Below the pieces are notes generated by a model. That model worked only from the letters and a program-made list of their open reading frames with translations, had not been told where the DNA came from and made no database searches. A DNA stretch of 63,326 nucleotides, the filler included, from Globobulimina sp. (Eukaryota): the NCBI GenBank assembly GCA_003354225.1. It is 23 parts of 23 records of this genome, joined end to end, with 100 filler letters (N's around TTAATTAATTAA, not from the genome) between each part and the next. Parts side by side here need not be neighbours in the genome. Positions count along the whole stretch, not along the records: positions 33,110 to 35,766 come from PIVH01005497.1; positions 35,867 to 38,523 come from PIVH01005498.1; positions 38,624 to 41,280 come from PIVH01005499.1; positions 41,381 to 44,037 come from PIVH01005500.1; positions 44,138 to 46,793 come from PIVH01005501.1; 18 more parts are not named here. The stretch is one strand, 5' to 3'. Position numbers and translations under genes: made by a program. Within the stretch, counting starts at the first letter, position 1, and the number at the start of each line of letters is the position of its first letter. Below, one piece after another: positions 34,162-46,793 of this stretch.

Positions 34162-35715
34162 ATGGCAAAATGTGTAGAGATTATACTTGATTTCGGCTAT
34201 ACTATCAAAGAAGAAGTTAAATTTCTTAAATTAGTGCATAGTTTTGGGCAAACCACTTCCAATGATTCGCACCATGTAACCTCGACATTATACACAAAGA
34301 AATTGATGGTTTTATTGCATATGTCGTTCATCTCACTGATAATAACAGATATAGTGCTTACCAATTTATATTCAACCAGCATTTTCCCACTGTATACCTC
34401 CAGTATCAAACCGTTGTTCCAATGGCAATTTATGCATTCAACATCACTGATTGTTTATATTTTATTTTGCGTTGCAATGATTGGTGCATGTTGTTGCTGT
34501 ATATGTTGTTTCGGCGAAACATTCATTTGTTACAAATGTGTGCAACGAGCAGGCAGTTCAAACACTCTTCCTTTTCTTCATCAAGTTTGTATATCAATGT
34601 GCTGTGTTATGATGCTATCGACAATCATAATTATTGCATTTATATTATTCTTGATGGTGATTTTTTGTGTCTCGCCACCGTTTCTATTGTATATGGTATT
34701 GTTGTTTTATACGTTTACAAATTCGTCAAAAATCAGTTTATTGAAATATGACGTTGCAGAATGTCATAAAGGTCAACTATTAAGCCGCCGTATGGTGACA
34801 GAGAGCGATAATATTTGCGGAGTTCTAAATACGATATCCGATGGATATGAATTTGGTGCTATACATCGTAGATTAGCGCAGTATTTAATAGCATATATTA
34901 TATGGCCATTAGATGATATTAAATATGACTATGTACAGATACAATTACTGGTACAAATCAATAGTTTGTTTAAAATGGATGTATATCGAGCCATGCATGC
35001 GTTGAATGGTCATGATTCCAGAAATATATTCAACGAACTAACGGATGTGAATGATGGTAAAGTTCGACAAAAGTTATTTTCTGTAATTCATGGAAATAGA
35101 ATGTGGTGTTATGGACTTGTTTGCTTTGCATTGTATGTAACTGTTATTACAATATTTTGGCTGTGTTATTGGGTGACAGGGTTCGCTGTTGATAGTAGAG
35201 TTTTATTTTTATTTTATGCAACTTCATACTGCCTATATTTGGTGTTTTTGTGTGTGATTATTTGTTTGTTATGGATGGAATTGAAATTATGTATACTTTG
35301 GAAGTATGAATGGTTATTTCGAGTATTTTATAGTGGGAAAGGAAGAGAAGATGGGATTTATATTTTTGATGAAAATAAATTTCTTAGATTTTATTGTATT
35401 GTATGTCATCAATACATAACTTACCAATGTCTCAAAAGATTATTTGATGCCAGATATGAATGGATGGTAACCTTAATTTTGAAATATTTGATGAATGATG
35501 ATTTTAAGTGGTTGATTAATAGGATATATGGACGGAATTCAGAAGCACTGTCTAAAGCATATTTGTATGATCCAGTTTCGGAAAACAGCGCAATGTCAAT
35601 AATGAACTGTGTTCAAAAACAAAGCCAACACTTCATCTCTAAACTGATTAGAAGCTGCTTATATCCAGGACTCATTATAAGCAAAAGTGATGATATAGCA
35701 TTTAGTAGTAGCTAA
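34162..35715 (+). CDS. Hypothetical multi-pass membrane protein
   Basis: 517-aa ORF with several hydrophobic, Cys-rich helices. Confidence 0.65.
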   Translation: MAKCVEIILDFGYTIKEEVKFLKLVHSFGQTTSNDSHHVTSTLYTKKLMVLLHMSFISLIITDIVLTNLYSTSIFPLYTSSIKPLFQWQFMHSTSLIVYILFCVAMIGACCCCICCFGETFICYKCVQRAGSSNTLPFLHQVCISMCCVMMLSTIIIIAFILFLMVIFCVSPPFLLYMVLLFYTFTNSSKISLLKYDVAECHKGQLLSRRMVTESDNICGVLNTISDGYEFGAIHRRLAQYLIAYIIWPLDDIKYDYVQIQLLVQINSLFKMDVYRAMHALNGHDSRNIFNELTDVNDGKVRQKLFSVIHGNRMWCYGLVCFALYVTVITIFWLCYWVTGFAVDSRVLFLFYATSYCLYLVFLCVIICLLWMELKLCILWKYEWLFRVFYSGKGREDGIYIFDENKFLRFYCIVCHQYITYQCLKRLFDARYEWMVTLILKYLMNDDFKWLINRIYGRNSEALSKAYLYDPVSENSAMSIMNCVQKQSQHFISKLIRSCLYPGLIISKSDDIAFSSS

Positions 35716-35866
35716 CTCGTTAACTACTATAGCATCGCTATAGCTCATTATTAGCCCGATTATATCNNNNNNNNNNNNNNNNNNNNNNNNNNNNNNNNNN
35801 NNNNNNNNNNTTAATTAATTAANNNNNNNNNNNNNNNNNNNNNNNNNNNNNNNNNNNNNNNNNNNN

Positions 35867-37751
35867 CCTGGACACCTTCAACGTCTCCAACCATTTAAAC
35901 GTGAACCCCGGGTTCAGTATGCATATGCAGAGCGACTCGCAGCTCGACAGCCAGAACCCCAACAATCTGCATCTATTACCTCCCAATTTATTCGTCAACA
36001 ACAACAATATGATGAATATGCTGATCACCACTCCGCAAACACATACAAACAATACAAACATCTTACACGGCCCGAAAAAGAGCATACCGGTCTTGACCAC
36101 CACTGCCAACAACCACAACCTGCCCAAATTGCGCGGCTGCGAGAAATTCGGCTTCGTGGCCGACAAAGCCATCATCACCGACCTGCACCAGGTGGCCAAT
36201 TTGAGTCTGCCCAAACCCGGCAAGCGGCGGGGCCGTCCCCCTAAAACTATGGACACTGCCGACACCAAACTCGGCATCAAAGCGTTGAAGAAGGGCCGCG
36301 GCCGAAAGAAGAAGGACGGCCAAGACGCCATCGAGTTCATCAAAACCGTGCAGTGGTCTGCGGCGCACAAATATCACCAATACTGTCCCTTTTGCGTGCG
36401 CGACGAGCGCAAGAAGCACAAATTCGAGTTCTGGGAGAAATTGCCGCTGCGAGAGACGCTGAACAAGCATCAGCGCAAAGAGTATGACCGTGACTGCAAA
36501 CAGTTGCTGCAGAGCATCGAGGATAAGATCAAAAAGAAAGTGACGTTCGCGTCGGGCGTCGAGTATCGGCGGCATTACGATACGTTCCATAAAAAGTACG
36601 GCTTTAAGTGCATTTATTCGGGCTGCGTGAAAGAGAGCAGTTCGTGGTACAACTTCGTGGCTCATTTGACGCAGCACGACAGAGAGACGGGGCGCCCTTT
36701 TCACTGCGCCTACAATGGCTGCAATCGGCGCAGCAGCACTAAGCATAATCTGATCAAGCATTTGCAGGGAGTGCATAAGTGGAAGATCATCAATAAGGAG
36801 GAGCCGAAGCAGTGCATGAAGAGCAGCAATGGCGGCGCGGTGCGGATTAAGTGCGAGAGTATCACGACGGCGTCGCCTTCGCGGTCGCCCAATTGCGGGA
36901 AGAGCAGCGGTGTCGGCGGCGGCGGCGGGATTGGGATCGGGATCAATATCGGCAACGGGGGCTGGCGGGGAGCGATGAATAACTTTGATTTGAAGATGAA
37001 GGGCGATTTGGGAGAGGAGAAGAAGTATGTGCATGTACGCTCGGATGTGGTGCAAGAGCCCATTATCAATGACAAGAGCCAGAGTCAGAGCCGAGGGCAG
37101 GGACAGGGACAGGGACAGGGACCGGGGCGAGGTGTGGATGCGAGTTGTTATTATAACAGGTCTGTGTCGGTGCTTTTTGTTGCTATTTGAAGTGTGATGT
37201 TTTGGTGTTTATGAATAGTGATAATGTGCCGCCTCCGATTATGTACCGTATGTGTTATAATAGGATGAAGCCACAGCCGATACCGTATGCGAATAGGTAA
37301 TTTTGTGTGAAAATGTTTTTTTAGTGAAGTGAGCTTACTCACTTTTACATGCTGTCGACTTACTGTGTTGTGTGTGTTGTACAGCAGTCGTATGAATGGC
37401 GCGAGTACGTCGATGCCATCGATGCCGACGAATGATGACAAGGCAGAGAAAAAAGAACGAGTAAGCAATAATAATTGTATTGTCTCTCCACATTTACTCA
37501 CTGCAATTGTTTAGTAACACAAAAAAAAACAAAAAACAAATAAATGTTATGTTACGTTTTTGATACAGAGGGACCATCCTTTTATTGATGATGAGGAAAA
37601 TGACGATGACTCATTGTCAGTTTCCAATTTTCCCCTTAATCACAACACCAAAGATTATGATAATATCGATATATTTAATTCGACTTACAATCACAGAGTA
37701 TCTCCACTACCAATTCACCACAACACTATCTTTAGCACACCCAAATTGTAA
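35867..37751 (+). CDS. C2H2 zinc-finger / AT-hook transcription factor, 5'-truncated
   Basis: KRRGRPPK AT-hook; FKCIYSGC..HLTQH; RPFHCAYNGC..HLQGVH. Introns 37160-37384 and 37461-37568. Confidence 0.85.
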
Positions 37752-38623
37752 ATATTTAGCCAACTTCTTTTTTTTTCATCTGTTGTTATTTATATATGCA
37801 TATATCAGACTGTTTTGTTCATGTTCCATTTCTTTGCCTCATGCATGCTGTGTCTTAATTAATGTGTGTTTATTGTTTCTTTTTTCATGTTCCTCAATCA
37901 TTCCAATGTATAAAATTTATCTGCAATATCATGTAACATGTTTTATATTTATGTATCTTAAATATTTTGGCGTTATCATACATCTTTCGGTGTTTTCATT
38001 TTGTATTTTCAATATCCGTATAAATTCCAACAAAAAAGAAACATTTTTTTTGTATTTTTTATGTGTATATATCTTTGTTGTACTATTTGACCAAATATTA
38101 AGTGTGCAACCAATAAAAAACATGATACATGATTCAGGATAAATTTTTCAAGGAAGAGGATCACGAAAATGGTAAAGAGATGCAATAAATGCAAAAAAAA
38201 CAACTCACAGACTATAAAATTATAATTTATAAGTAACACTTATTTCTATTCATACTTTTTTTTATCTTTTTATTCTGTCCTATTAATATCATATATATTT
38301 TCCTATTCATGTCTATATTTTGTAACAATAAAAACACAAAATATACATAAATACGTAATTATAACTTGGTATCGCTTTCATTTTTTTATTGTTACTTTTC
38401 AATTTTTCTGTCCTATTTTTTAATAATTTTTGTTTAATTATTTTTTCTCCCCTTTTTTTTTGTGTTTTCTTGTATTATTACTTCCGTATTACGTATATTA
38501 AACAATCATCGTTTATAAAACAANNNNNNNNNNNNNNNNNNNNNNNNNNNNNNNNNNNNNNNNNNNNTTAATTAATTAANNNNNNNNNNNNNNNNNNNNN
38601 NNNNNNNNNNNNNNNNNNNNNNN

Positions 38624-39789
38624 CCAATGCATGTAATAAAGACAGAAGATACAAATAAAAGAGAATTGGCCACATTCATATTGTCCATCTCCTTAAAATA
38701 AATGGCGCCCATCGCTGTGCCTAAAGTAATCACAAAAACCTGATATATCGGTATCACATAAATTGCACCAAATGCTCGCAATCCTTTTTGTCGGTACATT
38801 TCTAATAAAAAATTAATACAAAATATAACAACAATATAAATATACGTCGCCCCATAACAGAAAGCATGCGCAAATCTTTTGTATGAACCAATAATTTGTA
38901 TAAAAGACTTCAAAACTAAAAAATTAAGAGATGCGCAATATGCTGCTATGAATGGGTACGATATTAAATAAAAACAATAGCAATAAATAATTGTATATTG
39001 CCCAATTTCTTTCCCTTCAAATTTATCGATTCCTTTTGCTAACAATTCCTGTTTTTTATTCTCATTTATTCGATTAAATATTTGAATCAGTATTAAATCC
39101 ATAATTATCATAAAAGTTATGGCTGCGAAGAATATTAAAAATGATATGTTTTTGCATTGCGACTTTAAATCCAAAACAGTAAAGGTATCGTTTTGTGCTT
39201 CTTTTGGGCCGACAATAATGGTACCAACGGAACCAACAATAACTAGAAAAACGCCAAGAAAATCCTGTATTGGAAAGGCTTCGTTTAAATATTTTGTGGC
39301 CAAAATTGTATTTCCGACCAATGTCGTTGCGGATAAAGGCAGTACAACGGACTGTGGCGCATAGTTTAAAGCGATTATATTTAATAAGGAGCCAATGATA
39401 CCATTTAAAAAAAAGCCTAATAACCACAGTTTATTAGAGATATATTTCTTGTTTTTTTTCTTATATTTCTTTTTCATTTCCATTCCATTTATATTTGTTT
39501 GATTTTTATTATTTGTGCTTTCGTTGTTCGAATTTGAAGATTCTGTATCATCCGTATCACACCACTCACTTTCTTTGATGCAATTCTTTTTATTTGCTTC
39601 GTCAGTTTGTGACGCATTAGTTTTTTCTTGATTATTGTTGTATTCTTCTATGTTGTTATGCGCGATTTTTTGGATTATAAAGCCAATTGCTTGGAATATA
39701 CAACCGATAATAGCGAGTATGGCACCGACTATGGTCCACCAGGTATCTTCATGTATCTGCACACTTTCAAACATGTTTGTCTCATGCAA
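38624..39789 (-). CDS. NIPA-like magnesium transporter (DMT superfamily), 3'-truncated
   Basis: IGFIIQK, LWLLGF..LNIIALNYAPQSVVLPLSA, YLNE, GAIYVIPIYQV, GAIYFKE. Likely ATG at 39774. Confidence 0.88.
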
Positions 39790-39945
39790 AGATGCAAAGC
39801 TTGAGATGTTTTTGAGCAGTTACAACTTAGAGTAGAAAAATAATTATTTAAAAATATGCGCACTTTGAATGTAGCTGTACGTATACATTATATCCGAATG
39901 ATTGTTCGCATGCAGTATTCCATAAAAAAGAAGGATTTTTATATG

Positions 39946-40401
39946 TCATGTTAAACCATAATGCTTTTCAATCAATTGCAACAATTCGTTTTCCAATTCT
40001 TTTGTTTGTAGGACAGCACTGTCATATTCTATTTGCAATTGAATTGTGAGATTCTTGTTATTAATAATATTTTTTTGTTGTTGATCCTCCAATAATTCAC
40101 ATATTCTCTCAAATCTATTATTAAATTCAGCGGCGTGTTGTTCTGCCCAATTAAATCCAATGAAAGACATTCTTAAGGCAACCACTGAAAATACAAATGT
40201 TGTGATGGAGAATAATGTTTGAGGTATAATCCGGGTGTCGTGTGGCATTACAAATCGTGATCTCAACAATGAGTCCTTGACAGAGTCCTTATCCGCACAC
40301 AACTGTCGAATTGACAAGACAGGCAAGTCCATATGTAATTTATTAATGATTTTTTTGTGACTATAACGATGTGTTGTTCTGATTAGTCGTGGATGATACA
40401 T
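39946..40401 (-). CDS. Hypothetical protein (one TM helix + coiled coil; possibly organelle-targeted)
   Basis: 151-aa ATG ORF with a basic N-terminus. Confidence 0.5.
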   Translation of the reverse strand: MYHPRLIRTTHRYSHKKIINKLHMDLPVLSIRQLCADKDSVKDSLLRSRFVMPHDTRIIPQTLFSITTFVFSVVALRMSFIGFNWAEQHAAEFNNRFERICELLEDQQQKNIINNKNLTIQLQIEYDSAVLQTKELENELLQLIEKHYGLT

Positions 40402-40663
40402 GGTGAGTCCTTACTAGTTTGATCTCCGAAGTGTATATTTAGGAGTTGATATTAAACTAAATGTATTGCAAATGTAATTGTTACAATGCATGAACCTCAA
40501 TTGTGTTTTAATATCAATAGAAAATATATTATACAATAAAATTTGCATTGTTTGCAGAAATAAATACCACACCGTCAAAAATAGTAATAGTTTACAATAA
40601 AATAAACAGAAAAAGTGAGATAATAAAGTTCGTTCGTCATAACATAATAAAGAGGATACAAAC

Positions 40664-41280
40664 TCATTGTAAGTTTTGTAAGGAGCCGGCAGATATTTCC
40701 AAATCTCCATCTCTATTTTTAAATGCGTCTTTATCAAACAACACACTTTGCAGCGCTTCTTCCACTCCAACATCTAAAATAGAATCCGTTTCTTCTTTCT
40801 TTCCATTCGCGCAATTTAAAAAACGCAATTTCTCATCAAGCAAATAATATGAATTCCTCATTGTATCGTTATCCTCGACAATACAATTTGGAACATGCTT
40901 ATGTCTGTCCACAAAGTATTGGAATTCGTCATTGCTAATTGTGAAATCAGATGCATTTCGGAGTCCATTCACATTTTCACCATCGATTAACAAACATTTG
41001 AATATTTTCCACCTCATCGGATCAAGTCGTATTATATGGTCATCCATTATTTCTTGATAATTATATTTATTAATCACCGAATTTATTTTGAAATTAACTC
41101 CGAATTCATGACATAAATCCGATACATTATATGTAATATCTTTTTGTGTTACAGTTGTACCAATCAAATATCTGCCTATTTTTTTGTTTGTTTCTTGATT
41201 AAATGAATCAATTGATATGGCCAACATATCCACGAATGATGAATATTTATCCATCCATTTCCTGCTTATAAAACTCCCAT
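40664..41280 (-). CDS. Hypothetical protein fragment
   Basis: 196+ aa ORF at the contig edge; possible frameshifted continuation in 40414-40773. Confidence 0.4.
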
Positions 41281-41645
41281 NNNNNNNNNNNNNNNNNNNN
41301 NNNNNNNNNNNNNNNNNNNNNNNNTTAATTAATTAANNNNNNNNNNNNNNNNNNNNNNNNNNNNNNNNNNNNNNNNNNNNTATATATGTAGTGATATGAA
41401 TAAAAGTGTTGACTGAATCTGATGAATAGTCATGGATTCATTTGGATAAACCCGAAAACACACAAAAACACCGATCTTAAGTACACAACTACCTTAAACT
41501 ATTTACAGATACAAACTATCATTGACACATTAAAACTGAATTTCTAAAATACGTACAATTTAACAGCAACGCAAACCAATCGAATATTTCTAATTATAAT
41601 TAAGTAGTAATAAAATTAAAACAAAAAAAAGGAGAAACTCAATCA

Positions 41646-44037
41646 TCACTGAATAGAATGTCTATGTTTCCATATCCAATTCGCAGTCATTTCATTTTCA
41701 TTTCCGAATACAGCCAACAAGTTTTTGGTATCATTATTTAGAAATTGCAAAAATATCTGTTTCGTATAAATCGCGTGATTGAATAATATCGATTGCGACT
41801 CCTCCGTCAGACTCAGCGGTTTCTGCTGCAGCGACTCTTTAAATTTTCGGTGTTGCTCCTTCAAAATCAGCGTTTTCTGCTTAATTTCAGTCAAATCATT
41901 CAGCGAAGTGATGGAGATCTCGCTCCTCAAAATCATCTCATAATTCGCATTGAACAAAAATATGCGGATATCGTTGATTTTCATCTTGACGAAGCGCGTA
42001 AAATAGTCATTCTTCTTCCTGTCATTCAAATGCACCTTTTCAAACCAGAATATTTCGAATTGCCGCGCATTCTCATCGTCATTGCCGCTCTCATTCTCGT
42101 CGTTGGAGTCGACAATGTCCCATTTGTAGACAGTCGGCCTTCGCTTCGGCCCCTTATTCAAAAACCTCTTCTTGCGAAAGTACGAAATGTTATACGTTTT
42201 ACAGTGATGCCGCTCCCATTTATTGATCGCTTCTTTCATATCCGGCTCTAACTTGAGACATTCGTCCAAATGGTGCTCGAACTCCTCGATCTCGCCCAAC
42301 TTATTATACGTCAGCGCCAAGAAATAATGATGCCACGCCGAGTACGGCCACAAATGGATGCTCTCAATCAGCAGCTCCTTGGCCTCCGCATAGCGCTCCG
42401 CCAAATAGCAATGTTTGCCGTAGCGAAAGTAGGCCAAATCCCAGTTGTTATAATATTCGATGCACTTTTTGTAGTACTCCTCGGCCTTCTTGTTCTCGTC
42501 CAAAAAGGCCAAGGCCCGCGCATAGCCGATCAGCGCCTTCTTGCTGATCGGGTTGATGCCCAATCCCTTCTCGAAGACGTCGCAGGCTTCGTCGTAGCGC
42601 TCCAGCATTATCAGGAAGTGGCCGTACTGGTTCAGACAGGTTATGGTCTCCTTCAGCGACAGCGACTTCATGTAATAATACTCGGCGTCCACAAACAACT
42701 GACTGTTGGACAGACACAGCGCCAACATGCGGCACAGCTCATTGTCGTGCGGCTCGATCTCCATCAGCTCCAGGCACGAATTCATCGCTCCCCAACACAA
42801 ATGAGAGTGGAAGTCCTCGCACAGAGACTCGAACTTCTTGGCAAAGAAAAAGAAGGCCTTCCTCTCCTTGAGGCCGCCGGCGCCGCGGCAACGTTTAATG
42901 ATCATATTGTTGACGCAGTGGTACTGCCGCAGACGTTGCTGTTTGTTGAAGGAAGCGTGCGCGATGTCGTTGCGCACAGAGATATATAATTCGTTGTTGA
43001 GGCTCGACAGTGGCACCGACGGCGAGTACGGATATTGCTCGCGAGCGAGGTGCGCGTTTTTGCAGCCAAGGAACTCTTCGATTAAACGCATGTCGCGGTT
43101 CAACAGGAACTCGTATTGGTGTTGGATCAAAATACAATCGCAAATCTCTGAGATGGCCTCGTTGTATTCGAAGTATTCGTTGTCCACAAATAGTACATCC
43201 CCGCTCCCGTCGTTTGCATTGGTTTTGTGTTTGGCTTTGTTTTTGTTGCGAGGCGCCTTCTTTTTGTGTTTCTGGGCGGAACGCATGAATTTGCTGCGCT
43301 GCTTCAATTTGTTGATGAATAATAATTTGACAGAGTCGTCGGCATTGATCTTTTTAATGTCGTTCAAGACTTCGGCGCCGGCAATGATGGCGTTTTTGAA
43401 GAATTTATACAAATCGACGCGTTTCAGGGCTTCGGTGATCACGTCAGATTTATAAATGCGGGAAATGATATTTATTTTGATGCCGCGGCCGTTGTGCGAC
43501 TTGATTAAAGTGAAATGTTTGCGTAATATTTCAATGCGATCGCGGCCGCCAAACATATCTAAGATGTGATGGGCGTCCATGTGATAGATATTGTCTTTGC
43601 GCATTTTTTTAAGCGCTTTGAATGAATGCAAATAAGCGAGGATCGCGATGTCGTAGATCACCATCGTGATATTGTTGTTTTTCTTCTCTTTGGATTTGCT
43701 GTATATGCTGGATTGAATGGGTGCGGCCACGTAATTGTCGTCGATGAGCCATGTTTTGTGTGTTTCTGCTGGTTTGCATTCGTTTTGGTTGTCGTGTTTC
43801 AGCTCAATTTCTTTCTGTTTTTGTGAGGGTTTAGCTTTGTTTTTCGGTGGTTTTTTCTTTTTGCGTTTTTTTTTGTGGTTACTTTTGTGGCTTTTGGGCT
43901 TCTCCGGGCCCTCAAAGGGAATGTAGATGAATCTTAATGACGAATCAGTGTTATTTAGTAAATACGAGCTGCGCTCAAAGAGAGAGTGCGCTTTTTAAGT
44001 CTTGCCGATGGAGGCTAACATTATGGCATATTATTCA
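41646..44037 (-). CDS. TPR-repeat protein with putative HEPN-like domain and C-terminal SAM-like region, 5'-truncated
   Basis: About six TPRs (e.g. YGHFLIMLERYDEACDVFEKGLGINP); EAISE..REQYP..VP..VRNDIAHASF. Frame appears open upstream of 43730. Confidence 0.8.
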
Positions 44038-44137
44038 NNNNNNNNNNNNNNNNNNNNNNNNNNNNNNNNNNNNNNNNNNNNTTAATTAATTAANNNNNNN
44101 NNNNNNNNNNNNNNNNNNNNNNNNNNNNNNNNNNNNN

Positions 44138-44843
44138 TGAATCAAAGATATGTTCAATTGATGTAATATTTGTATCATACACAATGGATTTTAAATCAAT
44201 ATCAATAATTTTTTCTGTTAAATATGGCAAAATATAATCATTCCATTGCTTGGATGTATAAGCCGTCCAATCCAAAGCACCGCCAACCGGCGCATAAAAC
44301 GGCGGATATAAAAATATTTTAGTTTTTCCAGTAATTTGATGTATCCAAATTGAACCATGTGTTTGCCCAAAATGATATTCCAGAGCCAACTTTGCCCAAA
44401 AGAACAGTATATGCATTGATAAGATGAGTGTCAATTTTATGAAATAAATCTAAAGATTTTAATCCAATTTTATTCACATTATTTGCAATGAAATATGGAT
44501 CAAATATTTGATAATGATTATATGTACTTTTTCGTAAGTACAGTTTTAATGTTATTTCGTTGACATCTTTTCGATTTATCATTGCTAAATCAGTAGATGT
44601 GCCGCATTCAAATGAATCTTGTCCATAATTTAAATATAAATTCTTGATGCTAAAAAAGTGCGTATTTGAATACCAATCATCCAACTGACTGTTAATTATT
44701 ATGGGCTTTTTATCTGCAAACGACGACTGGAATATGAGTGAATTTATCTCATCCATATCCATAATTGAGACGCTTGTATGATTTAAATCGCATTCAAGTC
44801 CATACACACAGATTTCTAAATAAATCAGCAACAAAAAAGTCAT
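44138..44843 (-). CDS. Secreted JmjC/cupin-like (JMJD8-like) protein with a frameshift, 3'-truncated
   Basis: Signal peptide, KPIII, LLGKVGSGISF, then in another frame THGSIWIHQITGKTKIFLYPP. Confidence 0.6.
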
Positions 44844-44911
44844 TGTCTGAAAAAGTTTTTAGTTAAAATGTTTTTTTAGTTTAAATTAAGTGCAAATACC
44901 AATAAATATAA

Positions 44912-46504
44912 TTATTTGCGATTAGTTGTCATATTACATAGTGTAGTTAACAGACACATTGTGATTAAGCAGCATAACATTGCAACGATTGTACTCATCC
45001 AGTTATTCTCATTGCTTTCAATATTCACCATTTGAGCTGACTGAGCTGTTGGTTGCCAGGGACAACATTCATCATTGCTACATTTCCATGTATCATCCAA
45101 ATATCTCAATACCGTCACTTTATCATTACAGGAAACCTTGATAAAATTGCATGCCTTCAATACAGATTTAGATTTTAAGGGACATTCAATTTGTAAATAA
45201 TCAAATTCATATTTCGCAATTTGAAATATGTGAACTCCGCCACAACTGCTACCATCATCACTGCAGGTCAGGACACATGAATTTACTGTGCCATACGGAC
45301 AATAAACAGTAATACCTTCACATGAATATCTATCGCGGCAATTTATATCCAAAACGCCAGCAGAAACCTCTGTTTTTTGTATATAAAAATCGGCATTGCC
45401 ACAAGCCCATTGATTATCGCATCCGATATTCACGTTGCTATTCACTGTAACGTTAACAGTCATATCTTGACAACTTGAACGTTGTTTACATTCAATATCC
45501 AATGTAGATAACAAAGTGGATGATACGTTCATAAACGCACATGATCCCTTTCCATTACATTGTATGTTACAAGTTGCGTTCGCTCCTTTTGGACAGTGAA
45601 CTGTGGATAGCTTACATTGATCAGGTTTGTCACAAATTAATTGCAATGAGTTTGCATTTGTTGCATTGATTACAGCCCAATTACATCCTTTGTGTTGCAA
45701 TTGATCACAATGTACAATACATTGTGTGTTATCTTGACAATTTAGGATATTCTGTTGCTGTTTGAACGGACAACATTCGGATTTATGAAAACATTTCCAA
45801 ATATTATCAATGGTATCAAACCATAATTTATTTGATTTGTGGTCTAAACAATGAATATTCAAACCCTCACATGATGTGTGGGAATAATCACAATTTAAAT
45901 TGAAATATTTCTCATGCTTTGCATTGAGGTAAATATGGCTATTTAGACATGCTTTGGTTCCATGGCAATGGATATTGCATTTGCTTGTTTGTGGACAATG
46001 GATTTTAATATCTGCGCAAGATTGCGTATCATTGCAAATAACAGTTAAATTATTTGATATTTGCAAACCAAAAATTGACGCAAATTTACCCGCCCAATCA
46101 CCGTTAAATATAAAATTTGAATATTTTGTTTTGTTTGCGTAGAATTTGGCTTCGGCACAGTTCTCATTTGTGCAATATACAGAGAGATTCTTCGCATTTT
46201 GGGTAAAAATATTGATTTTCCAACACGATCCGGGACGTAATTCTTTTTGTTCTGGATAATTACATTCCAACTTTACATTGTTGGTATTTGATCCATGAAT
46301 ATTAAATTTTTGGCATGATTCCTCTTCATTACATTCAATTATACAATTATTGGGGTGATGACATGTTAGATTACGAGTAATTTCATCATCTGGGCGTGAA
46401 TGAAATAGATAATATTCGCCAGTTGAGTTGGTGGTCCATGCTTCGATATCCATACACTTGCAAGTGAGCAATAATGATGTAAATAACAAAAATAAGCGGA
46501 GCAT
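44912..46504 (-). CDS. Cys-rich repeat surface protein (signal peptide, C-terminal TM/anchor)
   Basis: Repeated CxIxCxxxxSCxxxxIxC units and two WKC...CCP motifs. Confidence 0.8.
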   Translation of the reverse strand: MLRLFLLFTSLLLTCKCMDIEAWTTNSTGEYYLFHSRPDDEITRNLTCHHPNNCIIECNEEESCQKFNIHGSNTNNVKLECNYPEQKELRPGSCWKINIFTQNAKNLSVYCTNENCAEAKFYANKTKYSNFIFNGDWAGKFASIFGLQISNNLTVICNDTQSCADIKIHCPQTSKCNIHCHGTKACLNSHIYLNAKHEKYFNLNCDYSHTSCEGLNIHCLDHKSNKLWFDTIDNIWKCFHKSECCPFKQQQNILNCQDNTQCIVHCDQLQHKGCNWAVINATNANSLQLICDKPDQCKLSTVHCPKGANATCNIQCNGKGSCAFMNVSSTLLSTLDIECKQRSSCQDMTVNVTVNSNVNIGCDNQWACGNADFYIQKTEVSAGVLDINCRDRYSCEGITVYCPYGTVNSCVLTCSDDGSSCGGVHIFQIAKYEFDYLQIECPLKSKSVLKACNFIKVSCNDKVTVLRYLDDTWKCSNDECCPWQPTAQSAQMVNIESNENNWMSTIVAMLCCLITMCLLTTLCNMTTNRK

Positions 46505-46549
46505 GGTTGACTAAGTTCAAAGTTTTTCGGTTGGCGATGTAATATTGAC

Positions 46550-46793
46550 ATGCTCCATTACCAAAAAATGTGTCATCTAATTTGTGGTTCAACATGTTTT
46601 CTGTTATTTAGCACAATCAACGCATTCTATTATTCAAATTATACCAAAACATGGCAAGACGCAGAAGATTATTGTATAAATCAATGTTATTCTCATTTAT
46701 TGAGCATACACAGTGAAAATCAATACAATGGAATACTACAATACTTACAAAACAATGGTGTATCACAAAGTGTATATATTGGGCTCAATGATT
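46550..46793 (+). CDS. C-type lectin domain protein, 3'-truncated
   Basis: Signal peptide; KTWQDAEDYC..HLLSIHSENQ..VYIGLND. Confidence 0.85.

Noticed and set aside
36063-37055. 330-aa antisense ORF, and similar shadow ORFs at 41793-43455 and 17899-18750
   Set aside because: These are antisense shadows of real genes caused by codon bias; they have no recognisable motifs.
37585-38571. Hydrophobic ORFs that look like membrane proteins
   Set aside because: They are translations of T-rich 3' UTR and intergenic sequence.
21665-44434. Euplotes-like programmed +1 frameshifting at stop codons
   Set aside because: In the JmjC and acyl-CoA ligase cases homology requires the shift well before the stop, and the ABCC case fits an insertion. 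There is no shared slippery motif.
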